Part shown: one piece after another, positions 1 through 5,802 of the stretch
Layout of the letters: each line of letters opens with the position of its first letter
How positions within the stretch are numbered: the stretch's first letter is position 1
Virus record (IMG/VR): IMGVR_UViG_3300031519_000140
Location: 1-30,955 of that record
DNA from: a virus
Lineage: Duplodnaviria; Caudoviricetes
Direction: 5' to 3' (one strand)
Length of the DNA: 30,955 nucleotides
Made by a program: the position numbers and the translations under genes
Notes under the pieces: model-generated
The model's input: the letters and a program-made list of their open reading frames with translations, nothing else
The model's database searches: none
Told to the model about the DNA's origin: nothing

Positions 1-400
1 TGAATAGGTTCTGTCCGAATAGAACAGTGTCCTTCCAGTTACCCTGAGTACGAAAGTCTTTATCAGGTGAGCGTGTCTTAGCACCAACTAAGTACCCATC
101 CTTATCATGATACCCGAAGTGCATTACCTCCCCTTGAAGTTGGGCCTTGTATGCCTTACAGGTGTCGCTTGATATGCCTCGGTTAACAACACTCTTGTAT
201 TGTCCAGACATTAAACTTTCTTTCAGCTTGTCAAAGTTACCATTAGGTTTCTTATCGGTACTACTTGTTATCTCCATACTATCTCCTACCTTTTTTCTTG
301 TTTCACATACAAAGCAGTGTGACCACCCCTTATCATCTATGGACATGCCATCACTGCTGCTACAATCGTCACACGCTAAATGCGTCCTTAGAAATGCCAT
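1..400 (-). CDS. T7-like DNA primase/helicase, N-terminal part (runs off left edge)
   Basis: Not in ORF track. Manual translation from ATG at 400 (RBS GAGGA): MAFLRTHLACDDCSSSDG...HCFVCE... Zn finger, then RGIS, ...GAKTR...LFGQNLF, typical of T7 gp4-type primases. Confidence 0.85.
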   Translation of the reverse strand, partial: MAFLRTHLACDDCSSSDGMSIDDKGWSHCFVCETRKKVGDSMEITSSTDKKPNGNFDKLKESLMSGQYKSVVNRGISSDTCKAYKAQLQGEVMHFGYHDKDGYLVGAKTRSPDKDFRTQGNWKDTVLFGQNLF

Positions 401-581
401 TAGTAAAGTCCTCATATTCTCTTGGGTTCATGATATGAGATAGCACTGTGTCTAAAGCGATCAGTGTGTCCCACTTCTGCGAATCATAACTCTCTTCATA
501 CACTACAATGAAGTAGTTCATAAGAACCTCTACTGCTATCTCATTAGCTTGGTCAACATTGACCTCAATTTTAATTGTCAT
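369..581 (-). CDS. hypothetical protein (70 aa)
   Basis: Tightly packed in the minus-strand operon; RBS GAGGTGG. Confidence 0.7.
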   Translation of the reverse strand: MTIKIEVNVDQANEIAVEVLMNYFIVVYEESYDSQKWDTLIALDTVLSHIMNPREYEDFTNGISKDAFSV

Positions 582-771
582 TTCCCACCTCTCTTAGTTT
601 ACCTTTAAGTTTAACAACCTTGTCAAGATTGTACGTCATGAACCTAGTACCCTGCCGTATGGCTGTCTCATAGTTATCAATCTCTTCTTGTATCTTAGCC
701 CGTTCCTGAGACTCTGATAACTTTTGCTTAAGAGATTTATTCTTGAGCGTCTTGATCTGCATCTCTGTCAT
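571..771 (-). CDS. hypothetical coiled-coil protein (66 aa)
   Basis: ATGA overlap with upstream gene; GGAAGAGG RBS. Confidence 0.7.
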   Translation of the reverse strand: MTEMQIKTLKNKSLKQKLSESQERAKIQEEIDNYETAIRQGTRFMTYNLDKVVKLKGKLREVGNDN

Positions 772-1049
772 TCCTCTTCCTCCATAATATCATTGATTAG
801 TTTCTGTTGTAGCTGGTTGATAGCTATGAATAACATCTTATCATGTACGTGCCAAGCTATAGTGTTAGATGATCTGTGTATCAACTTAGCTATGTTATTG
901 TATGATACATTCATAGCCCGTAGACAGACGATCCTCTTTAAGTCAAGCTCAGAGATAGGATTATAGTTTGTCCTAGGCTGCTTGGCAAGCACTGATTTTG
1001 CAGGGACATTATAACTCTCCTTAATCTTAGGAACAAAGATGATACTCAT
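768..1049 (-). CDS. helix-turn-helix DNA-binding protein
   Basis: LRAMNVSYNNIAKLIHRSSNTIAWHV fits an HTH (SxxxIAxxLxRSxxTI) pattern; TAATG coupling. Confidence 0.65.
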   Translation of the reverse strand: MSIIFVPKIKESYNVPAKSVLAKQPRTNYNPISELDLKRIVCLRAMNVSYNNIAKLIHRSSNTIAWHVHDKMLFIAINQLQQKLINDIMEEEE

Positions 1050-1333
1050 TACCTATCTCCTGCAATGTGATACTCATTACCTTCTAACACCTCAAGGTCT
1101 GACTCATACTCTGCTCTTGCTTCGGCAACCATACGCTGTACAATAGGATCCTCACTAGCTTCTAGTATCTCAAAGATGTAGCTGTCTCTCTCTATCCTCT
1201 TGAGGTACTGCTCAGTTAAGATAACAGTACGTGTATTCTTAACGTCTACATTCTTAACATACCTACAATCCATATCCTCAACCACTGTACTAGGTGACAA
1301 GCCTTGCTTAACTCTGTCTTTTAAAATCGCCAT
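1049..1333 (-). CDS. hypothetical protein (94 aa)
   Basis: ATG preceded by palindrome-RBS repeat copy 1. Confidence 0.75.
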   Translation of the reverse strand: MAILKDRVKQGLSPSTVVEDMDCRYVKNVDVKNTRTVILTEQYLKRIERDSYIFEILEASEDPIVQRMVAEARAEYESDLEVLEGNEYHIAGDR

Positions 1334-1338
1334 GTTAT

Positions 1339-1364
1339 ATTCTCCAATGTTTCCTAGGAAACTT
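1339..1364 (-). repeat. palindrome-RBS repeat copy 1 (ATTCTCCAATGTTTCCTAGGAAACTT)
   Basis: Exact 26-mer shared with 4168, 4391, 4684 and 5017; palindrome at 1349-1362. Confidence 0.97.
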
Positions 1365-1444
1365 AAACTACTATATTAACTCTACCCCTCCACTAATGCA
1401 AAGGGGTGTGCTACAATCTCTCTTAAGAGTTTAACAAGAAATAA

Positions 1445-1600
1445 TCATAATGATTTTTCTATTACTTTATTACAAAACTTAATAGCCTCTCCATAGTTCT
1501 CATAAGATTCAACTACAGTACCCATGCAATGACTCAGTGGGGAATCATCAACAGTAGTAGTCAACACACTACCAATAATAATTAACGCTAGTAAATACAT
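1445..1600 (-). CDS. small membrane/exported protein (51 aa)
   Basis: Manual ORF MYLLALIIIGSVLTTTVDDSPLSHCMGTVVESYENYGEAIKFCNKVIEKSL; TGATG overlap with upstream gene; fills the gap. Confidence 0.65.
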   Translation of the reverse strand: MYLLALIIIGSVLTTTVDDSPLSHCMGTVVESYENYGEAIKFCNKVIEKSL

Positions 1601-1854
1601 CATACATCCCCATCTGGTAACTCTTCAATTAGACCATTGATTGTATCCACCTTAACGCTAGCCTTGTGAACAGCTAACTTCACTGCACCTTGTAAGGCAT
1701 CAAGCCAAGGGGTGTATAACTGTGTTGCTTTCTCCATTCCATTAACAATATCCTCAGCCTCATCCAGTGCTTGGTAGTGACGCTCTGCTTCAAATAGTTG
1801 ATGGTGTAATTCAAATAGTTTCATAGGTTTTCCTTCTGAATTATATACACTCAT
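1600..1854 (-). CDS. hypothetical protein (84 aa)
   Basis: GGAGAG RBS; operon packing. Confidence 0.75.
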   Translation of the reverse strand: MSVYNSEGKPMKLFELHHQLFEAERHYQALDEAEDIVNGMEKATQLYTPWLDALQGAVKLAVHKASVKVDTINGLIEELPDGDV

Positions 1855-1863
1855 GATACTCTC

Positions 1864-2223
1864 CTAAAATTTATAATCTTCTTTTAGTTTTTTCAACTGA
1901 ATAGCCCATCTATCCACTGCTACTTGATCATGTATGAACTGCAACTTCTCAAGAAGATCAATCTTACAAGCCTTAGTATACCATCGTGTGCCAATGACAC
2001 CTCGTAAAGTGTCTAGTACCATGCCTTTGTTAACATCCTGCCCCTCAAGCCCAGAATAATATTGATCATCAGGTATCAAGCAACCAACAGCGCACATCAG
2101 ACCATCACTGCTACGATACACGCAGTTATTACCAGCAACACCTGTCCCGTCCTCACTACGCTTGCCTTGCTTTAGTAAATGCTTACTAACCTTGGTATAG
2201 ATTTGTTTATTAGTCATACTCAT
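1864..2223 (-). CDS. phage hypothetical protein (119 aa) with CVYR...CAVGCLI motif
   Basis: GGAGAG RBS; Cys motif of a kind recurrent in phage early genes. Confidence 0.75.
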   Translation of the reverse strand: MSMTNKQIYTKVSKHLLKQGKRSEDGTGVAGNNCVYRSSDGLMCAVGCLIPDDQYYSGLEGQDVNKGMVLDTLRGVIGTRWYTKACKIDLLEKLQFIHDQVAVDRWAIQLKKLKEDYKF

Positions 2224-2235
2224 GATACTCTCCCG

Positions 2236-2457
2236 TTATAAAATATTATAATATGCTGCTTCTTCTATAAGATCATTCTCTTCTAGCCACTCTAGGCATA
2301 AGTCCATGACCATCTTATCGTTCCTCACATCAAAGAACTCTAATCGGTCTGCCAAAAACTCTCGTCCATCATCACATATCATAATGATATTTATTACTGT
2401 GCCACCAGCCCATGTGAACCTGTGACCTTCACACTCAAATACTCTGTACGTTTTCAT
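2236..2457 (-). CDS. hypothetical protein (73 aa)
   Basis: GAGGTG RBS; operon packing. Confidence 0.7.
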   Translation of the reverse strand: MKTYRVFECEGHRFTWAGGTVINIIMICDDGREFLADRLEFFDVRNDKMVMDLCLEWLEENDLIEEAAYYNIL

Positions 2458-2466
2458 ACGTCACCT

Positions 2467-2664
2467 CTACTTAGTAACAAACAATACAATGTCTTCACCT
2501 GTCGTGAGGCTAGACACTGGAATAGCTACACCATTCTCTGGTGGTGGCTGTGAACCTACATACGTCCATGACTTACCTGCTTCCAAGTCAGACTTAACTG
2601 CACTGACAAACTCAGGGTTATCTAACGCAAACATACCTGACATTAACATAATACCTATAAACAT
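2467..2664 (-). CDS. hypothetical protein with hydrophobic N-terminus (65 aa)
   Basis: GAGG RBS; MFIGIMLMSGMFAL leader. Confidence 0.7.
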   Translation of the reverse strand: MFIGIMLMSGMFALDNPEFVSAVKSDLEAGKSWTYVGSQPPPENGVAIPVSSLTTGEDIVLFVTK

Positions 2665-2667
2665 AAC

Positions 2668-2811
2668 TCAATCCTCTCTTAATAATTTATCTACAGCTAC
2701 ACCACATAGCACTGCTGCTATCAATGCTGCCATAGGATTGCCACTGAATAATGCTGCACCACAGAACCCTATGATCGCACCTATTGTAAACCTAACTAAT
2801 GTTTTACTCAT
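2668..2811 (-). CDS. small membrane protein (47 aa)
   Basis: Manual ORF MSKTLVRFTIGAIIGFCGAALFSGNPMAALIAAVLCGVAVDKLLRED; GGAGGT RBS; ATGA overlap. Confidence 0.75.
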   Translation of the reverse strand: MSKTLVRFTIGAIIGFCGAALFSGNPMAALIAAVLCGVAVDKLLRED

Positions 2812-3488
2812 GCTACCTCCTTCAATTTTATTAATTGATTCTCTTTATAAACTTTCTTAGCCATGCGACCATGAGCAGGATAGACAATCAACTCAACATC
2901 TTTATCCCAACATGATCGACAGGTATCACACTTACCATCTCTCTCGTATGCTAGACAGACCTCAATGTTTCCTAGGAAACTTACTGGTGTCTCTACATAG
3001 GGGACAATAGTGGAAGTAGTAGCCCCATCAACAAGTCCACCTGTAATACTATCACTGCTAAACCTAACAACAACATTGGGGAGTAAAGCCATTGCATCTA
3101 ACACCTCCTTATATTTATCAAACTTATACTGTCTAGTTGGGAACCAATGCTGACACCAAGGCGTAGCTTTCATGATAGCATACATCTTCCACGCCAGTTT
3201 AACTGTATAGCAGTCACCGCTATCGAACCAGCGAAAGTAACGCGAGTTATCTAGCTTGGCTATGAACTCAGGCACAAACTCAGGACGTTTCCAATCCTCC
3301 TTGTTATGTTGGCGTAGTGCCTTAACACTAGGCATCTGATAGAAGCCACCTCTTGCATAGCATATCTCACAAGCATCAACGACAGCACCAGTGATAATAT
3401 CTACAGCACCAGCACATGTAATCATAGCTTCTAGTGACCATGAAAAGCATGGCATCTTACTGGCTGCACTAAACTTTATACTACTCAT
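2808..3488 (-). CDS. GP88-family (radical-SAM-like, Cys-rich) protein
   Basis: KMP..SWSL.A..TC...C..CYA, FRWFDSGD and C-terminal KCDTCRSCW are motifs recalled for the gene product 88 family. Confidence 0.75.
   Translation of the reverse strand: MSSIKFSAASKMPCFSWSLEAMITCAGAVDIITGAVVDACEICYARGGFYQMPSVKALRQHNKEDWKRPEFVPEFIAKLDNSRYFRWFDSGDCYTVKLAWKMYAIMKATPWCQHWFPTRQYKFDKYKEVLDAMALLPNVVVRFSSDSITGGLVDGATTSTIVPYVETPVSFLGNIEVCLAYERDGKCDTCRSCWDKDVELIVYPAHGRMAKKVYKENQLIKLKEVA
2964..2982 (-). repeat. palindrome repeat copy 2 (19-bp core, inside CDS)
   Basis: AATGTTTCCTAGGAAACTT exact; read as SFLGNI in the GP88-like frame. Confidence 0.95.
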
Positions 3489-3527
3489 AATAATTCCTCT
3501 TGGTTTCTTTTACTCTAGTTCACTGTG

Positions 3528-3573
3528 TTAGGAGATAGCTTAACTACGGGGAATGTAGCAAGCTACCGCCTAA
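3528..3573 (-). other. long bulged RNA hairpin, possible RNase III processing site
   Basis: Minus strand TTAGG-CG-GTAGCTT-GCTAC/ATTCCCC/GTAGT-T-AAGCTAT-CT-CCTAA in an intergenic gap; no U-tract. Confidence 0.5.
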
Positions 3574-3576
3574 TGC

Positions 3577-3595
3577 AATGTTTCCTAGGAAACTT
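3577..3595 (-). repeat. palindrome repeat copy 3
   Basis: Exact 19-bp core; supplies TAG stop of 3585..3791 (...KVS*). Confidence 0.95.
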
Positions 3596-3791
3596 TAGCA
3601 ATGATACCATCTTGCATCGTCACCTTGGCAAAGAACTCTCTGCCTAGGCCCGTGATGTGTGGTCGGTTTGCACCTACTAACTCACCATTCTCGATGTACT
3701 CATTGCCGAACATGCTAGTCTCTATATACTTTAGAGGATAGCCTACACTCTCTTTTAATATGCGCTTACTTTTGTATGGAAATACTAACAT
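3585..3791 (-). CDS. phage hypothetical protein (68 aa)
   Basis: GGAGG RBS; ends inside repeat copy 3. Confidence 0.75.
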   Translation of the reverse strand: MLVFPYKSKRILKESVGYPLKYIETSMFGNEYIENGELVGANRPHITGLGREFFAKVTMQDGIIAKVS

Positions 3792-3952
3792 CCTTCTTCC
3801 TCCGTATAAAAATACCAGTCACCAGTTGAACACTTGATGAACCCTTTCTCAATTGCTCTTGCAATTAATTCTTCTGCATCTAACTCAAAGTTAAAGTCGG
3901 GTGCATGTCTGTTAAAAAACTCTTGCTTAGTAAAAAACTTTTGATAACTCAT
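3785..3952 (-). CDS. hypothetical protein (55 aa)
   Basis: Manual ORF MSYQKFFTKQEFFNRHAPDFNFELDAEELIARAIEKGFIKCSTGDWYFYTEEEGC; GGAGG RBS; ATGA overlap; fills the gap. Confidence 0.75.
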   Translation of the reverse strand: MSYQKFFTKQEFFNRHAPDFNFELDAEELIARAIEKGFIKCSTGDWYFYTEEEGC

Positions 3953-4164
3953 TCGTAATCCTCCGCTACCATTTGATCAATCATGGTGCTGCATAAATTC
4001 CATGTGCATATAACACCAGCCATGAAGTGGGCCTCATCTTCCTCACTCATACGACTTGCCATAGCAAGTAACTCATCCATGTTTTTAGGAGTATCTACTC
4101 CGTCCATATCCATGAATGGCATTACTCGCGCTTCATACTCATCAACAATACCTTTGAACTTCAT
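3949..4164 (-). CDS. acidic hypothetical protein (71 aa)
   Basis: Start moved from TTG 4176 to ATG 4164, downstream of the repeat-borne GGAGA RBS. Confidence 0.75.
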   Translation of the reverse strand: MKFKGIVDEYEARVMPFMDMDGVDTPKNMDELLAMASRMSEEDEAHFMAGVICTWNLCSTMIDQMVAEDYE

Positions 4165-4167
4165 TAC

Positions 4168-4193
4168 ATTCTCCAATGTTTCCTAGGAAACTT
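4168..4193 (-). repeat. palindrome-RBS repeat copy 4
   Basis: Exact 26-mer; palindrome 4178-4191. Confidence 0.97.
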
Positions 4194-4387
4194 TAATACT
4201 TATCATTAACCCAATGAGCCTCAAGCTCATCATATAATTTACCCGTTACTAGATCCCAACTTGCATCGTTAGTTGCTAACTCATACCAACTTGATGTGCC
4301 ATTAGCCCACGGCATACGCATAAATGCAGAAGTACAGCCCGTGAACGACACCAATTCAATTGGCTTTTTAACTTTAGTATTAATCAT
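4193..4387 (-). CDS. hypothetical protein (64 aa)
   Basis: Start moved to ATG 4387; bracketed by repeat copies 5 and 4. Confidence 0.7.
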   Translation of the reverse strand: MINTKVKKPIELVSFTGCTSAFMRMPWANGTSSWYELATNDASWDLVTGKLYDELEAHWVNDKY

Positions 4388-4390
4388 TTT

Positions 4391-4416
4391 ATTCTCCAAT
4401 GTTTCCTAGGAAACTT
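4391..4416 (-). repeat. palindrome-RBS repeat copy 5
   Basis: Exact 26-mer; palindrome 4401-4414. Confidence 0.97.
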
Positions 4417-4420
4417 TATA

Positions 4421-4498
4421 TTATTTTGTGATAGTCGATACGATATAACCTATCAAGACTAATCCAGCCAATACGATTACAATTAATCCCATATCCAT
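4421..4498 (-). CDS. 25-aa single-helix membrane micropeptide
   Basis: Manual ORF MDMGLIVIVLAGLVLIGYIVSTITK; GGAGGT RBS and TAATG overlap with upstream gene. Confidence 0.7.
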   Translation of the reverse strand: MDMGLIVIVLAGLVLIGYIVSTITK

Positions 4499-4680
4499 TA
4501 CAAATACCTCCGTTGAAATCTATTTAGAATCATCCAGTCATTATGATTTTCGTTAGAGTAATCTAACATAGACATCATACCCCAAACAATCATCCATTTG
4601 TGTACCTTCTTCAAATCATCTTCACTTTGAGTACAGATACGCTTGATGTTACGCCTAGGCATAGTTGATAATTTTTTCAT
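4498..4680 (-). CDS. hypothetical protein (60 aa)
   Basis: Start moved to ATG 4680 after repeat copy 6. Confidence 0.7.
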   Translation of the reverse strand: MKKLSTMPRRNIKRICTQSEDDLKKVHKWMIVWGMMSMLDYSNENHNDWMILNRFQRRYL

Positions 4681-4683
4681 GGT

Positions 4684-4709
4684 ATTCTCCAATGTTTCCT
4701 AGGAAACTT
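4684..4709 (-). repeat. palindrome-RBS repeat copy 6
   Basis: Exact 26-mer; palindrome 4694-4707 supplies TAG of upstream gene (...KVS*). Confidence 0.97.
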
Positions 4710-5013
4710 TTAGTTTTTGTAAGGCCGTAGCTGTCATGCATTTAGCTTGCCATAATCTAGATTTTAAATCATTGCGCTGTCGCAATTGGTCAAATTCCAT
4801 TTGCAATAGTTGCTGCAAGAACTTAACAGTTCTCATGCGCTTCTCAATATCAGGCATACCGCGAGCAATAATACGCGCGTCCATATCCACAATATCCTGA
4901 GAATATTCTGTTTGGTATTGTCGAATCTGTACAACAGACTGATCAATGGACGCGATTAATTGGGCAACTTTTTGCTCAGATTCTAGAGCATTTTGGTAGC
5001 TTAATTCGGACAT
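4699..5013 (-). CDS. coiled-coil hypothetical protein (104 aa)
   Basis: Start moved to ATG 5013; bracketed by repeat copies 7 and 6. Confidence 0.75.
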   Translation of the reverse strand: MSELSYQNALESEQKVAQLIASIDQSVVQIRQYQTEYSQDIVDMDARIIARGMPDIEKRMRTVKFLQQLLQMEFDQLRQRNDLKSRLWQAKCMTATALQKLKVS

Positions 5014-5016
5014 AGT

Positions 5017-5042
5017 ATTCTCCAATGTTTCCTAGGAAACTT
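5017..5042 (-). repeat. palindrome-RBS repeat copy 7
   Basis: Exact 26-mer; palindrome 5027-5040. Confidence 0.97.
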
Positions 5043-5489
5043 TTACTTGATAGCCTTATACTCTGCAACAATCGCCTCCAACTCTGCCAAGGTAAACGAA
5101 ATTTTATCGCTATCGACCCATGACATTATGGTCTCTCTCTTACTCTTACTTTGGTCGCCATAGACGGCATTACGGAATTGGGAATAGGTCTCGTGATCAA
5201 CGGCACTAACCCCATCTTTGAACGCTTTCTTGTGGGTGCTGCATACTTGTCTCACTGCCCCCGCTTTTTTCAACTGATCAGGACAACCGTCTTTGGTAGC
5301 TTTTGGGTATGCCTTGTCAATCATGGCCTTAATAATACCAGCCTGTACTTTATTCTCTAGGTCTACCGCGTCAGATTGTAATGCTTTGGCTAGTTCAAAC
5401 CTTGCATCACTGGTTTTGTCTTGTGCTTTTACTTGTGCCATTAGTGAGTTACCGATAGCGCGAACGTGATTGATAGTTAATGTATTCAT
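5043..5489 (-). CDS. first early gene, hypothetical protein (148 aa)
   Basis: AAGGT RBS; first ORF after the sigma54-type promoter. Confidence 0.8.
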   Translation of the reverse strand: MNTLTINHVRAIGNSLMAQVKAQDKTSDARFELAKALQSDAVDLENKVQAGIIKAMIDKAYPKATKDGCPDQLKKAGAVRQVCSTHKKAFKDGVSAVDHETYSQFRNAVYGDQSKSKRETIMSWVDSDKISFTLAELEAIVAEYKAIK

Positions 5490-5552
5490 GATCTATTACC
5501 TTTTAGGTTTAGTTATAATGAGTGGCGTTATGCCCTTGCTCGCTAATACTAA

Positions 5553-5569
5553 TGCAATAGCCGTGCCAA
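5553..5569 (-). promoter_or_regulatory. sigma54 (-24/-12) promoter, proximal
   Basis: Minus strand TTGGCACG-GCTA-TTGCA, a full match to TGGCACG-N4-TTGCW; predicted +1 near 5542, about 50 nt before ATG 5489. Confidence 0.75.
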
Positions 5570-5581
5570 CAATGGTAAACG

Positions 5582-5705
5582 TAGGCATAGCAAGGGATAG
5601 AGGCGATTTAGTAGGTTAAACAAATATCACTAACGCACCATAGTAGTGCAATAATATGACGTTATATTGACACTATTTGCTGATAGCTAGGCATAGCAAG
5701 GGATA
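5582..5705. repeat. 18-bp direct repeat TAGGCATAGCAAGGGATA (5582-5599, 5688-5705)
   Basis: Two exact copies 106 bp apart; an interrupted third copy at 5895-5918. Confidence 0.9.
5634..5650. promoter_or_regulatory. NtrC-type binding box 1
   Basis: CGCACCATAGTAGTGCA; 12/14 to TGCACCA-N3-TGGTGCA; centred about -100 from the proximal sigma54 start. Confidence 0.65.
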
Positions 5706-5711
5706 CAGGGA

Positions 5712-5749
5712 CGCACCATAATAGTGCTAGCTCGCACCATAGTAGTGCA
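5712..5749. promoter_or_regulatory. tandem NtrC-type boxes 2 and 3
   Basis: CGCACCATAATAGTGCT (5712-5728) and CGCACCATAGTAGTGCA (5733-5749), 21 bp apart. Confidence 0.65.
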
Positions 5750-5757
5750 ATTATCTT

Positions 5758-5774
5758 GGCAAGAATCGTGCCAA
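5758..5774 (-). promoter_or_regulatory. sigma54 (-24/-12) site, distal
   Basis: Minus strand TTGGCACG-ATTC-TTGCC. Confidence 0.65.
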
Positions 5775-5802
5775 TTTTACAACTATTAGTATTTATAGAC
5801 AA
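5774..5802 (-). promoter_or_regulatory. candidate sigma70 early promoter
   Basis: Minus strand TTGTCT-17bp-TAAAAT, directly abutting the distal sigma54 site. Confidence 0.45.

Noticed and set aside
3949-5025. Shared N-terminal peptide MEN(T/V/K)M as a conserved protein motif
   Set aside because: Artefact of calling TTG inside the repeat; TTGGAGAAT is the RBS and the true ATG follows.
1339-5042. CRISPR array interpretation of the 26-bp repeats
   Set aside because: Intervals are 223-1618 bp, irregular and contain intact genes; no cas genes are present.
1339-5042. Classical integron attC array
   Set aside because: Sites are too short, lack attC bottom-strand structure, and no integrase is visible in the window.
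147-5360. Plus-strand ORFs in the early arm (147, 724, 2489, 3983, 5151)
   Set aside because: Antisense shadows of a tightly packed minus-strand operon with better RBSs.
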